Shown: piece by piece, positions 26,596-39,919 of the stretch
Layout of the letters: every line of letters starts with the position of its first letter
Numbering within the stretch: the first letter of the stretch is position 1
Assembly (NCBI GenBank): GCA_002633005.1
Contig: NMRA01000729.1
Span: 62,001 to 126,000, forward strand
Origin: Phoronis australis
Taxonomy: Eukaryota; Animalia; Phoronida
Reading direction: 5' to 3'
DNA: 64,000 bases
Translations under genes and position numbers: made by a program
The notes under the pieces: generated by a model
What the model was told of the DNA's origin: nothing
The model's input: only the letters and a program-made list of their open reading frames with translations
Database searches by the model: none

Positions 26596-28985
26596 GCTCA
26601 GGAGCTTTTCCTAGCAAAATGGCGGCCACTGATATGATTGGTCAGTGAGGTTGGAAAGTTGAATTGTGATATTGAATTCAGTGTTTCGGTTCCATATCTG
26701 AAGATTTTTCGTCCCCAGTGCAAAGTAATGTCTTGCAGTCTATGTAACTCAACCGTAGTTAATGCTTCTTTTGCTGCGAATGAATGATTACCCACACTCG
26801 GCGTCGCAGGTTACTTCAGATCTCCTTACACCTTCAAAACGTCAAACATAGAATATTGAATATCAACATTATGAGGCGACAAAAGAATTCAACAAATACG
26901 CAGGCAAGTATCGAAAGTCAAACTGATGACCTAAGAATTTTCTTGAAACTGCTTTGAATTCAAATATAGCTACACTAATATTACTTAATCCCCCAGGACT
27001 CCAGTGTGTGTACTGCTGCATGGAATGACGGTCGAATACTGCCATGGAGTATCAATAGTGAAGATAGAAGAGTCACGTGGGGTGAACTAATAGATAACGC
27101 GAGGTACTTCAAGACTGCGCGGTACGGGGCAGAAACACATGGGTGAGTCATGTTTTTGACTTTAATAATAAACCTAACCTATCTACTTTTCATCGATTTG
27201 TTTACAGTGACAAATGTAATCATGATTGTAATCAACCGATATCTTAAAAGTTTTGTTTCTTCAATGTTGAACATTTAAAAAGAGAAAGACGTGTGTTCTG
27301 GGGTAGAGCATCAGACCCACATTCAAAAGGTATTTGGTTCATGTCCCATCATTTGACCATGCCGCAAGAGCTCCAACAACTTCGTTATCTTGTCTGTGGA
27401 ATCAGGGCCTGCGTGTTAACCTTGTTGTGAAAGTGTAATTTGCATATATTCAAGTACTTTTAAATCTTAATGTCAAGATGAAAACTCACCTCTACTATTC
27501 AGGAGTACTGTTTTGTGATCCATAAGTGCTGCATCCGTTTTCTAATTAATTGTTACATCTTAAGTATAGGATTTTTTACCAGTTGATAATATTATTATTG
27601 TCACTGGATACGATATGCTATGATACTTTACTTGTCACACTACAACCCTTCCCTATTCAGGTTCTCATCCAAACATTTTAAAGCAAGAAAGTTTACAAGT
27701 CCAAGAAAGTGGGGTAAAGTATTTTATGCAATGACATTCTTTGTATCCATGTCGATATTTTAGACAATTGAAGTTAATGAGATCGAACAGAATGTAATAC
27801 CGAACAATTATTTGAAATATGCATTTAACAAATGGCGCAATTAAGTTATTCAAAGTTTTGTGGTTATTGTCATTATTTGTTATTCTCAAACTATTTTTTA
27901 TTTACTTTAAGACTTGCGACAGAGTAAAGTGAGATTTGAGCGCATGCTCTCATGTCCGAAACATTTCAACAAAATTATCTGGGAAACTGCATAATAGCCT
28001 GCTATATGTTATGGCGTCACGTCTTCAGTGTCAACATATGATCTGTATTTAACTTCTGTGGTGCGTTATTTCATTGTAAGGAATGCAATAGTTAGACGTT
28101 TAAAAGTATCCGCTTGGCATAAAAACTGATTTTTTATGACAGAAGCCGCTTTAAAATGGTGAAATAGTGGACTTTTCTTAGTTACGTGATGTTTTGGTGT
28201 GAGTACTGTCAAATAGCCTTGAGCGTCTATACATGAGCCAATATCTCACCCGTCTGCTGTACGATTTATGTGGTTCATGCATAATTCATACCTATGCCTC
28301 ACTACTATTGTGGTAGTAATGTTGTTTTGAAATACCTTTTACATGTGCTACCGATCAATTCTTGAAAAACCCTGACTATCAACATTCTTGCTGTAAAATG
28401 AAGTAACAACCTCAGTTACGCCATCTTTACTGCAACTGGGGTAGATTTTTGTATAAGCAACAATCTTGCTGAGGGCGCTGGTGCTATCATATGGTTCGCT
28501 TGCAATACATGTCGATATCTTACAAGTTTTCGCTTTTCTCTCAAGAAACTAAGCCTACGGAAAGAACGCATTTCCGATAACGTACGTGCATCTGGTCACC
28601 AAAAAAAAAATTTCTTCAGTTTGTAAACTTTGCAAGTTCAGAGTACGCCTCCAAAAACATCTTAAAGCAAATATAAACACTTGCGTTCCGTCTAAGAAGC
28701 AAAATTTTGACTTTGACTTTTAACCGTCTCACTTGTCAATGACCCCGATGAAAGATGTTTACCAGACTTGTAAAGATCCGACTCTACGGTATTTCCATTG
28801 ACAATGTTTGGAGAGAAAGCAACACGTCGTACCTAGTCAACCTGAAGAGCCTGGTCTCAAGCTCAAACAAATTTTCAGTTTTTATATAAAAGCCTTCACA
28901 TCCAAATTGACTAAAGATCAATTTGAGACCAATTTCAAACAGTAAAAGTTGTTTTTGTGATGCGATGTTATCCGCCTATTCCTAG

Positions 28986-29267
28986 AGACACTGTTTAACA
29001 TCAGTGTAGTGATCCCACTGACTGGAGGTGAGATCTACGTGTACGGTGGAACGAACGTGAATATTGAAAGTGACGCAATAGAGACTGGTGTGCATGTCAA
29101 CATAAATACTACCATACCAACCAAACCGCCAGCAGGTGGCACCATCGCAGGAAATGGTTCGAGGAGGCACAAAATGTTCAAGGTCAGCGACACCTTTGGG
29201 GCTTATTACTTCACCGTTGGAGGTAACAAGAGAAACTTGTATTCAAGAGTGGTCGCCTTGGTTACGG
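28986..29267 (+). CDS. Receptor exon: Tie-type N-terminal Ig-like domain (Ig1)
   Basis: cctag acceptor, gtgagg donor, phase 1-1; TLFNISVVIPLTGG...VSDTFGAYYFTV...SRVVALVT resembles the GAYFC strand of Tie Ig1. Confidence 0.7.
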
Positions 29268-30500
29268 GTGAGGATTAGTCTATAATGGTGCTTCGTAAAA
29301 CAAGCCGACATAACTACTTGGGACGATGTTATATTGTGACGTAGACTATGTACTTTTATACCACAATATCAGCCTCGAATGCCCAATACAATAGTTAAAT
29401 AACCAATTTAGTTATTTAACGGCGTTAAGTAACATTATGACGGGAAGCCGAGGCCGGTTTCGAACCCGGCCCGCAAGACAATCAAGCTTTATCACTGCAC
29501 CACTCAGCGGCTGACGTCATCGAACGTGAAAATAGAATACTTTTAAAAGTGGGTACGCGCAACAATAGCATGATTAACAAACGGCATTTTACCAACATTT
29601 ATACACTATGAAAGACGCAAAATTTCAACGAAAACGACATCTTTAATTCAGTAAAATTTATTTGTCATTTTCTTTCTCTAAAAATCAGCGATCTTCAGTT
29701 TGAATGCAAGTAACGTGTTGTCGGGATGCTTTAACTTGGACATTAAACTCAGTAACCAGTGGCAACCTACTTTAGCAGACGCTATTTTCACGGTGGACGC
29801 GTAGCATGATAAGATGTGTAATACGCTAGTTCTATTTTATTTCAATTTTGATTTGGTTTTAAGTAAAAACATTATTCTAACAAGAAAAATTCCGCTTTTC
29901 TTGAAAGGTCACAACCTCCGACCTCAGGCCTCTGACATACAAAGTAGTTGCAAAAGCCTAGTCGGAACGAGAGAGGCAGATCGATTCATTGCAATGTTTC
30001 TCGTTCAGTATGTGGTATGAATTATGTTCTCAGTAGTTATCCCCTCGGGGCTAACGACCCCCGGGCGATAATTCTCCAAAATCCACTCGGGCTCTAGATT
30101 TGGGGGGATAACGTCTTCGCCATGTAATAATCTGCATGTAGTTGTTATTCCTATTCATAATCATTATGGGGCGAATTATTTCCAGACGACAATTGGACAC
30201 CGTTCATGAAAGTTGTTTCGGGAGTAAAATAGTTTTTTGAAATTTTGTATTTAACTCATAATATTGAGAATGAGTCTGTTGTCAACTAGAACATCAAGAT
30301 GTTTATAACGAGTGTTGACTGTTGTGCAGTTGGAGGAAACATTCCGGTATCTTTGTTCTTTGTCCTAGAAAAGTTACGTCCGCACTTTCTCTGATTTGAT
30401 GTTGATTTTCCGTTTTGCTGCATAATTGAATGAGAGCTCTGTCTGGTGAGCGGATAGATATGAAATTAACCTCGGATTCTAGGTGTGCAATATATTGCAG

Positions 30501-30722
30501 GTGATTGCCTTGACGACAACGGAGTTAAAGGGAGTACTTACATGGGGCGCATCAACGTTACCCAAACCAATGCTCCATGTAGACAATGGTCACGTGATCG
30601 TCCAAAGCATTTCACCGAAAACTACTGTCGTAATACTGCTACAGATAAAGATACTGAACGTCCTTGGTGTAACCCGAGCGCTGGACGCTGGGAAAGTTGC
30701 TATGTTCCTCTCTGCAAAAAAA
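30501..30722 (+). CDS. Receptor exon: kringle domain
   Basis: ttgcag/gtaagt, phase 1-1; six Cys with kringle motifs GxTYMGRINVT, CRQW, ENYCRN, RPWC and RWESCYVPLC; open frame. Confidence 0.88.
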
Positions 30723-30979
30723 GTAAGTAAAACAAGTAACAGAATCGCAAACAAGTTATGTCATTCAATGCTTGAAAAAGAGCAAGGCTACTTCATTTCA
30801 TTACTCTATTTTGTGGTTTTACGCTATTTTTATATTTCATTTTTCAAGTTTCAATTTGAACAAACAACATTGAAAAAACTCCAGGATTACATTGCTCTTA
30901 TATATTTTGATCAAAAGTTGTTACTCCCAAAACGACACTAGTTCAATGTGCAAGCTACATGTACTGTTTTAATTCAGAC

Positions 30980-31830
30980 ACCTGGCTGGGAAGCCCTTTC
31001 GGCATATGTAAGACGTTCTATTGGTGATGCTGTATGTAAGGACCATCAATGGCCTCAGCCACACCCAGAAACCCACACCGGTCAGCAAATTGGTCAGCGA
31101 TACGAGATAGCTCTTTTGGTGACGACTAGCTAATAAACGTAGAGAAAGTGACTTGTCTACATAAGATCTGGCAAATGTTCAGCAGAAATAGTGTAATGAA
31201 ACTTTGCTCAAGCCGAAACGGTCCGCCTCGCTGCGAAAATTTTCTGTGTTGCTACATGTAAGGTACCACAGACAGGGCAAACTATGGCGGTCCAATGTGA
31301 TGGTCTTGACTGTTGTGACTGGGCCTACAGTCTTCAGCAGTATCTATGCAAAGGAATAAAAACATGGTCTCAACAAAGTCAACGATATTTTAATTCACCC
31401 GTGTCATATAAGTGCAAAACCACGGAGGTAGCACATAACGGTTACAAAGACCGTCATCATCAATATGACGTAAGCAGCAGAATTGCTGAGTTCCGTCTGT
31501 CAGTGTATCACATTGATTTGTGTTTATAAAGAGTCGCTAGGTTGCTGACATCAGCGATTCAACAGGGCCCTGAATAAGCCGGAGGGAGTTAAAAACTTTC
31601 AGTTGAAATTAAGTATAGATTTCACAATTAACACCCATAAAGTTTTCATAATACACCAGAGTCTGCATTGTATGAAACCATTATGGTCCCGCAACACAAA
31701 AACTTACCTCAAATTTGACCGACTCATCCGAAAGTGCAACTTGAATTGCGGGTCACTGTAGCGAGGCCCAGTTTTCTCGGCATAACTTTCAATTCTTGTC
31801 GTTCCAAGAACTTCACGGTTTCTTCTTGGA
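30980..31830 (-). mobile_element. Degraded PIF/Harbinger transposase with one intron
   Basis: Minus strand: RIESYAEKTGPRYSDPQFKLHFRMSRSN|gtaagt (31707) ... tag| (31343) LWYL..SNTENFRSEADRFGLSK..., CGFLGVAEAIDGPYI and YICRKGF, which are HARBI1/DDE_Tnp_4 motifs. Confidence 0.8.
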
Positions 31831-32459
31831 CTGCTAATAAAAATATTGGCAAAGATTCCACAGAGTCATCACGCCATAGAAAGGACGGTCAACACAATAT
31901 GCTTCAGAGTCGATGTGTTGGATCGCACAGTAAGCACTGAAGCTGTTCAGGAGTTGTTCTTTGTATTCGCGAATACACGCTAGTGGGAGCTCATTCTATT
32001 GAACACTTATGTTCATCACTGAATGCTGTTCAGTGTGCTGTTCACCAGTACCATTTTGAATGAATACTCGCTTCTTAAATTTTTTTCTTAAATTTATATG
32101 CAGTGTCATTTGAAGGTTAAATTCAAACTGACATTAAACGATTTTGATGTCAGCATGTGTCCGATCGCAAGAAAAAATCCTCCTGATGTCTAGAATATCT
32201 GAATAAAGTTCTGAATGCTTATTTGCATGATTCAGCAATGCCAAAAAGTATTTCATCCACAGACTGAAATTACTATAATCTTGGCAACGAGTATGGTGCA
32301 CCTACCCAAATATCTGCAAAGCACGGATAGACTTAAAGCCTTCCTCGAACGGATTTTTGCTGTTTTAGGTGCATTTAATTATCGAAATAAACACGATTTA
32401 AACAATCAAAAACGATTTAAACACTTAAAAATTCAATTTGTATCAGAAATAGACTTTTC

Positions 32460-33130
32460 ACCCTGCTTTGTGTAACTGCAATAAGACCTCAAACTACACG
32501 AGCAAACGCGGACTTGTTGATGTTTTGGTTAGTTTAATAACCAGTCTACATTAGCAAGGTCTGATAATTTATTTGAAGGTTACGTTTACACTGGCAAACT
32601 TTTGTTTGCAAACTCTACAAAATTCAATTAAACATGCGTTTGGAAGCAAGGTGCTTCCTAGTGCAGGGCGTGGTTAAGAGCGCTAGATAGCAACAATTTG
32701 AATATTCACCAATACTGGTGGGTGAAGTATGTATCAGCTGCACTTACCAGAATAGAACACCAACGTGAGCGCCTACTGAATATTTGCGCTGTGGAGTCAA
32801 CGAAAGTCAATAGGGCCGTCCTGAATTACACAGCGATACTCAAATCTCGCTGTATTTACCCACAATGCCGTGTACATCCGTCAGGCACATTTGCTGCCTC
32901 GTTTTCGTGTCACTGGAGTTTCACATATTATTTGTTGTGGGCTGCAACTCCGACGTAAAAAAGTTTGATAAACAGGACAAATACCCTTGGATGTGTCATC
33001 TGAAATTCTCTGCCTTCCCGACATCAATGAAAGACACGAAAATGTGCCTGATTACCAAAACTTGGTCATGCGCTTTGTTATCTCCGGTTCAAAGTAGAGT
33101 TCTATTGCCGTGTAATCCCGCTCTTTCCTA
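32460..33130 (-). pseudogene. Decayed ORF Y, copy C, antisense in a receptor intron
   Basis: DYTAIELYFEPEITKRMTKFW...VSFIDVGKAEN..HIQGYL...ALWVNTARFEYRCVIQDGPID...VLLQLHKAG, colinear with copy B. Confidence 0.6.
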
Positions 33131-33444
33131 TTGATGACTCTAAGGGTTCATGACATTTGGCACTTCATGCCTACACTGTGGTCAGAGGGACCTGATGAAC
33201 ACGTTTTACATATTGAGGGAAGTCACTTTACTGGTGATACCGTTCATGGTGGGCTTTTAATTCAGTACAAATTTTATGCGCTGATTTTAAAGTTCGTACT
33301 CATATTTTAGCAAAAACGAATGTGGTAAGCTTTTAACTCAGTTAAAGTAAGTATTTTGAAAGCGTATAGTATTTCATTCTGAACACTCTGTGCATGTAGT
33401 CTGTATTCTAAACCTTTGTTCGGTTTTACGCATTTTTACACGCT

Positions 33445-33552
33445 CGCACAAGCACACACACACACACACACACACACAAACATGTGCACACAAACACACA
33501 CACACACACACACACACACGCAAACACTCACACGCACATGCATGCATGCACC
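33445..33552. repeat. (CA)n microsatellite
   Basis: cacacacaca tract. Confidence 0.9.
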
Positions 33553-36135
33553 CACAGGGGTAAAAATTGCCGCCATTCATGTCCGGCGTCCTTCTGACGT
33601 CAGCAGCCGTATCTCCGAAATGCTGCTGTATTTATATTAGTAGGAAGGCGTCGACTTTTAACAGATCCAACCGCTAGTGTGTCAACTACAGCAATTTTAA
33701 GATTTTGCGATTGCCCCTATATTTACATAGTCACTCACTAGATCTTTGTGAAACTTGACAAATGTGATTGAAACCACGCTACCCAAAATATTCTAACAAA
33801 AACACTAACATTAATGCTGTTCCGTTTTTGACGTTTGCTTCTCAATCTGCCAAACAATTAAAGGTACGGTGATGTAAATTGGATGATGTGTTCCTGTTAA
33901 CGAGAGTATGGCTAAATTTAATTCTGACTCTTTGGAATATCGCCACGACCCCTAATGTTAGTTTTAGTTACACCTCTGCCTTATTATTTACGAAGCTTGG
34001 TTAGAGATTGTTAGTAAATTTTCCGTGAGAATTATGTTCCATTTAGACCAGCAGCCTAGAGCACTTAGCATAGATGAACGAGGTGCACCAACATCTGACC
34101 ACCGGAGCACTTGCATCTGACCATGCCACTGATCTCTGAAATTCCTATGACAGACAAAATACACTCTGTGTTGTGCCCGTCGGTCAGAATACTGGCGGCG
34201 CAACACTGAAATAAGTGGGAGCTAAAGACCCCCAGCCCCCTATGGTGCGCCACGCATACAGAAACCCCAAAAAATCTCAAAAACGGTATTCCACTAAACT
34301 TTGAGCTTGATTGGATATTCGAGATACCGGTCTGGTTCCACCAAAAACTCAAAAGGACCCTCCAAATGAGCTGGCTCATACATTCGAAGTTCCACAAAAA
34401 GGATTCCATATGATTCAATACCTGCGACTGAACAATAAATTTCCTACGACATTCAAAGTACACTTTGAGGTATGCCCGCCAGAAACCCTCAATAATGTCA
34501 AAAATTGCATGCTACTGAAAATGTTAGCTAGATTAGATGTTCAAAGTACCGGTCAAAACTAATTCAAGTGTTGCTGCTTGAAAATATCAGGCATGTCACG
34601 GATATTTTTGAAATATAGCTAATAGTCTAATTCCTTCACAGAAAACTGCTCCCTAGGAATTTTTGGCTACTTTATGCCTTCGGAAACGATCAAACTTTAG
34701 CTTTTTTGTTGCGTCACTGTGCAGCAACGACGAAATAAGAAAAACAAAGAATGAAGGCAACTTGTGTCTAGGTAGAAATGTAAAAATCATAATTGAAACG
34801 TATTCGCAAGTTAGCTATTTTCGTTACTTTTTCAACCCACTTGAGTTAAACTGTATAACCGGTGGAAATATCCTTCATTCGATCGTCATTTCTTTTACAA
34901 CGCAAAATCACTAAAAGCTGAACATTTGTAGAGTACATATATATTAAAATATTTGTGGACAGCGACCTGTGTGTCCTGCAGGCTTTGATTGAAATCATCC
35001 ATTTTGATAGTATCGGTCGTTCTGTTCGCCATTACTTTCACACTCCCATTAACAAACCAACGAAGTCCTTAAGATTTATGTGCAACAAAAGCGATGCCTA
35101 CACTATCATTAAATTTTGTCTGAATACTTTTGGCTTGTACTGTAAATGTATGTGTACAAATAACCTGGAATCTACAGTTCAAGGGACACTCTGGGCGTGA
35201 GCAATAATTTTACAGAAAAAACCATGCAATCAATCTCATTAGCAATATTACTTCATAGTAATAGCCACATCAAGAATACAGTAACACTGGTGATTGTGAT
35301 CTACATGGACACTGCTCAAGATACTCCAACAGAAGTTCTATGGTTGTGTCCTTCCGTTTTAGTTGTGAAGGAAGGGTGATGACCAAATACTGACAAGCAG
35401 CCCTTACGTCTGCTACCTTCAGTTTATTCAAAATCATCTGTTGTGACAGGTGACATAAATAAAAGTTCTAAAACGTTACGAGGTGGAACACCGCCATTTG
35501 GTCAAACACACAAGCTCCCATCTAAGCAATTTTGATTGCCTACGCAACAGTGGCATCATCTTCACCAGAGCGAGCTCTGCGCTTCTGCTGAGCAGCAAGT
35601 CTCGTGAAGAAGTTTCGAATTCGCTTTCATGTGCGTCATTTTTCTATCACCACTAGCACACGCGCGCCCTCTAGTAATATAGAAAATGTCGAATTGTATG
35701 AATCAATTTTTTGAGAAGGACCACTGGAATATATTACAAAGAATTTGAGATAACTATGCGAAAATCTCATATTCAGATGTTACTCAATTATCGACGTTTA
35801 TATCGTTGTTTAAATATGCCATTTTTGTTTTATATCAAGGTTAAACCCGCCTTGGACATTAAATACATTACTTTATTGTTTCATGCGTCCTTGTTTGTTT
35901 TCGTTGCTTATTGAAATTATTTCCATGTGTCTAGCATTGCATTGCTTATGCGATCGTTTCGACCATTTGTCTCGACTACTCTTCACAGCGTATTTCCCCT
36001 AGAAATGTGTTCCAGAAACGATAAAGTAGGCCTAATCGCGATAACTTTGGCTGAGAATTAAATAGTTGGCAAGTTACCGTGAAAGATAATACTGGCGGCT
36101 GAATCAGAGTCCCATTTCTTTTGCGACGTCAACAG

Positions 36136-36396
36136 CTCACAAGACAGTGCGGGCGAGTGTTAAGGACACAAACGTGAGTCTTCAACAACCGTCAATCACT
36201 GGTGTCAACGCAAGATGGACAAAAGATGGTGGAAGCTTCTTTGGTTCTGGATCAATAGCTTCGTGGAATGACAAGTTCAGTAACGTAATAGACAAAGTTC
36301 ATATCGGTCATGGTGGCGTCTACGTACTGCACAATTACACAGGACGTGCCTCAGCACCACTGTCAACGAGAGACATGTTACGACTTATTGTGAGGG
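36136..36396 (+). CDS. Receptor exon: Tie-type Ig2 domain
   Basis: aacag/gtgagt, phase 1-1; KTVRASVKDTNVSL...RWTKDG...HGGVYVLH...MLRLIVRG ends like the RLIVR of Tie Ig2. Confidence 0.85.
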
Positions 36397-36719
36397 GTGA
36401 GTTTACAAGGTAGAATTTGATCCTGCTGCGTATTCTAAATATTTAATTTCAAGGATGGGTGCTTTATAATTCAAAGGTAAAGCCTTTGTGCAAAACAAAA
36501 GTCAGCCTAATTTTTAGTATACGTTGTCATGTAAAAAAGTTTTGTTATATAAAAATCGCAATGGCAGCAGTGTTTATGAAACAAGTAGGAAATTCGTCAT
36601 TTTCCGTGTCACAAAAAGTCTCTTAACAGGTCGTTACACCTACAAGTCTTGTTCTACCCATCAACTGAATGTTATTGGTGGGGCTCAACATCTGAATATG
36701 AACGAATGTCTCGTTGTAG

Positions 36720-36851
36720 TCTGTCCGCAAGGAACGTATGGCGGTTTGTGTGAACATAACTGTCCGTTATGTTTAAATGGGGGCGTTTGTCATGACGTAG
36801 TTGGAGAATGCATCTGCGCTCCTGGGTTTAAAGGACCAGACTGTTCAACAG
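36720..36851 (+). CDS. Receptor exon: EGF-like 1 (Tie type)
   Basis: ttgtag/gtaaat; CPQGTYGGLCEHNCPLCLNGGVCHDVVGECICAPGFKGPDCST. Confidence 0.95.
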
Positions 36852-37037
36852 GTAAATCTAGTTTAATCAATTTATGTTCGTTGGTTTGTCTTCTCAGACG
36901 ATGCGTTGCCGAAAAATGGTCTTGTAGTTGAACATTGGAATCACTTTGTTTTGGAAAATATATTCGTGAAACGTTATCTTTGAAGTCTGTATGAATGGGT
37001 AAAAAACTTTTCATGTGAGGGTAAACGGTTTATGGAC

Positions 37038-37066
37038 NNNNNNNNNNNNNNNNNNNNNNNNNNNNN
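37038..37066. other. Assembly gap (29 N) followed by poly(C)
   Basis: Run of n. Confidence 1.
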
Positions 37067-37359
37067 CCCCCCCCCCCCCCCTAGCCACAGCGACTTGACC
37101 AGAGTTCTCATTTGGTAATGTCAACACTGGTTGACAAATATTCTTAAAAAATGATCTCCTAAATTCCCGCTGTTTCTTTGTTTTCTGCACTGCCCCTGTC
37201 CTTTGTCGTACCCTGTTGACATAGGTCTTCATAACATGAACATGTGCATGAGATTGCAATCAAGGAAGATTATGACATCATTTTGAGATGTTAAAGGTAG
37301 AATTATAAGAGTCACTGTTTTCGCACTCATAGCTGCTTTCGCTTTTTTCCACGATGTGA

Positions 37360-37430
37360 GGATGATAATGATGATGACGACGACAATTATGATGATGATA
37401 ATGATGATAATAATGATGGTGATGACGTGA
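37360..37430. repeat. (GAT)n microsatellite
   Basis: gatgataatgatgatgacgacg... Confidence 0.85.
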
Positions 37431-37699
37431 TGGTAGTCAGCATGTATAATATGATAGATGTTGACGCTAAATTTATAATATCATTCATAGGAACTACTTG
37501 CAAGGCGAAGTAAAAGTAATTTCCAGTTCCATTGCGATAAAGAATTTACGTCTATTAATTAGTTTCTAAACTTAGTGTTATACTGTCAAAACTCATCTAA
37601 TGTATATAGAATTTTTTTAAAGTCAGACATCTTTTTTTCCAAAAACTGTATCCGTGTCAGCGACGAAGCTTCCCAATTAAATTGTTATTTCCATTACAG

Positions 37700-37846
37700 C
37701 CTGTGGCCCAAACACATTTGGCTTCAAATGTACATCTCAGTGTTCCGACAATGTTACAATCGGTTGTATGGGGAAGAGTATATGTTACATCGACCCTTAC
37801 GGTTGTTCTTGTGCAACAGGGTACAGAGGACTGGCGTGTGATCAAG
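37700..37846 (+). CDS. Receptor exon: EGF-like 2 (Tie type)
   Basis: ttacag/gtacaa; CGPNTFGFKCTSQCSDNVTIGCMGKSICYIDPYGCSCATGYRGLACDQ carries the Tie hallmark DPYGCSCATG. Confidence 0.95.
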
Positions 37847-39274
37847 GTACAAGTCTTTAAGTATATAACACTGTTTCAGTGCCGAATGTCACTGGCATTT
37901 CGGGTTCATTGATAACCGCATGCCAAAGTCAGAGGGGGGACTTTAAAAAGGCCTATACGTTTGCAAAGGGCTTATATGACTAAAGATAGAAATTTGGTCT
38001 GATACTTCCACTTCACAGTTACTAAAAAGATTTTGCCAAGTAGTTATAAAGGCGTCATAGTCTAGAAATAAATTATAGAAATTATCTGAGGAACTAGCAG
38101 TTATATTTATATGCTGAGAAACTCTGCGTCTTTGTTCAAGTGAGATTTAATTATTTTTATCAATTAGCTCTGTGGACCACAAGACCAAATTTTGGCTCAA
38201 GTCTCAGGTCATTTTTCATGAAACAAGCCCCACGGTCTTTATGGAAGAGACCATTAACTTCTGTCGTTTGACTATAGCCACCAAACAGAAATTTGACTAC
38301 ATATAGCCAAACGTTTAGATTTCGGCACGTTTAGTCGAACAAACCACGGATCGAGCTCTGCCTTTTGTCATCGAATTGTAGACAGATTGTTGGGCTTTCG
38401 TAAACAGACTGAGCCGTCTGTAGGCTGATTATTAGTCAAAAGTTAAATGACAAATCCAATAGAATCTTCGAGAAACAAGCCCCAGAGTTAAGGACTTAGG
38501 AAGTACACTAATAGTAAAATGCGGATGTTTTCAAAATTACAAAACCAAATGCTCATATAGCACATAGCGTTGATGTTGTTATTGTTTATTTTCCATCGTT
38601 TAATATTCTTAATTTATATTTTAAATCTGTATTATTTAGATGACCATTTAGGGGCGTATAAGTTTCTCTTAAATGTCCAACCACGTTTTAGCCTAGATAA
38701 TGTTAGAAATCAGAAAATGTTAGGTAAACAGGCAAACAAACCAACTAATTCTACTACTTCTACTACTGCTGCTGCTACTGTTTTTGTTAGGCAGCGAGAT
38801 ACTTGGGGGTTTAGCTCCTAGCGGGCAAGGGGGTGGGTTGGGAGACTTCCTCCAGATACGGAGTTGAAGTCCATTTCTCCCATAATTTAAGCGTGAGGTG
38901 GTTACCTTTGGCGAGGGTGCCAGGAGGGGTTGGAGTAAGTAGGGGGTGGTGCGTCCTCGGACATTCATGTATTTAACGTGTTCTACTGTTTCGTCATCCA
39001 GACTGCTGCTGCTGATACTGATGCTGCAGCTACTATATTAGTTTCCCCACTAAACACAGGTCTTCATGAAACAACTCGTATGTCCTATTATGTCATTTTA
39101 CGTCAACGTGTGTTGTGACCTCGGTTCTTCTTAGGTCGTTATCTCGTTTTGGAAGAAGTGACATTGTGGTCTTGATGGTAATCCATGATTGTGCAACGTT
39201 TTCATTCCAAATCTAGGACTATGATATTACTCCCAGTTCTAAATACATGTGGAGTTGCTGATAAAATATTGTAG

Positions 39275-39406
39275 AATGCGATACTAACTATTACGGCGCC
39301 GACTGTGTCGAGACCTGTGGACGTTGTTTGACTGGTGCGTGTGACAGGTTCACTGGTCATTGTAACGGAGGTTGTGAGTCAGGATTTATTGCACCGTACT
39401 GCAAAG
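39275..39406 (+). CDS. Receptor exon: EGF-like 3
   Basis: ttgtag/gtgagc; CDTNYYGADCVETCGRCLTGACDRFTGHCNGGCESGFIAPYCK. Confidence 0.93.
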
Positions 39407-39919
39407 GTGAGCATCCGCTTTTACAATGTACAGCGTCCATGTGAGCTTCATTGCGACTCTTGTATTCGAAATACACCAACATATTTATGTATGGCATAAA
39501 CTCCCATTACCGGATGCAAGCGTTCAATTGTGTCGTGTAATGGAGGAAGTCGAAGTCGGAAAGTCACAGCTTCAGCCATTCTTTAGTTCAGACACTAGTG
39601 TATCTGTAGTTTAAAATGCCAGAAAGCCAGTGCCACATTCAGACTACTAGTTTGTGGCCTAACAATGTCTGCTCCCCCAGGAAGTTTGGAACTGTCGAGG
39701 AGTCAGATACTTGCACCTTTTGCTTTACCGTAGCTGTACATGTTTGTGTCAATACAACTATTTAGCTCAGGTAATCAATAATTGTCAACTGCTGGCAGAT
39801 GAAGAATCAAATTTCAGGTTCAAGTAATTTACATCTACATTTAATTGCGATTTTTTGTGAACTTGCTTTAAAACGACTGTCGGTATTGTTGATATGAATT
39901 ACCTTAAATTTCGTTCCAG

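Noticed and set aside
27290-27350. tRNA-like A/B boxes (also about 29445-29510 and 52585-52640)
   Set aside because: No cloverleaf can be folded; at most decayed SINE heads
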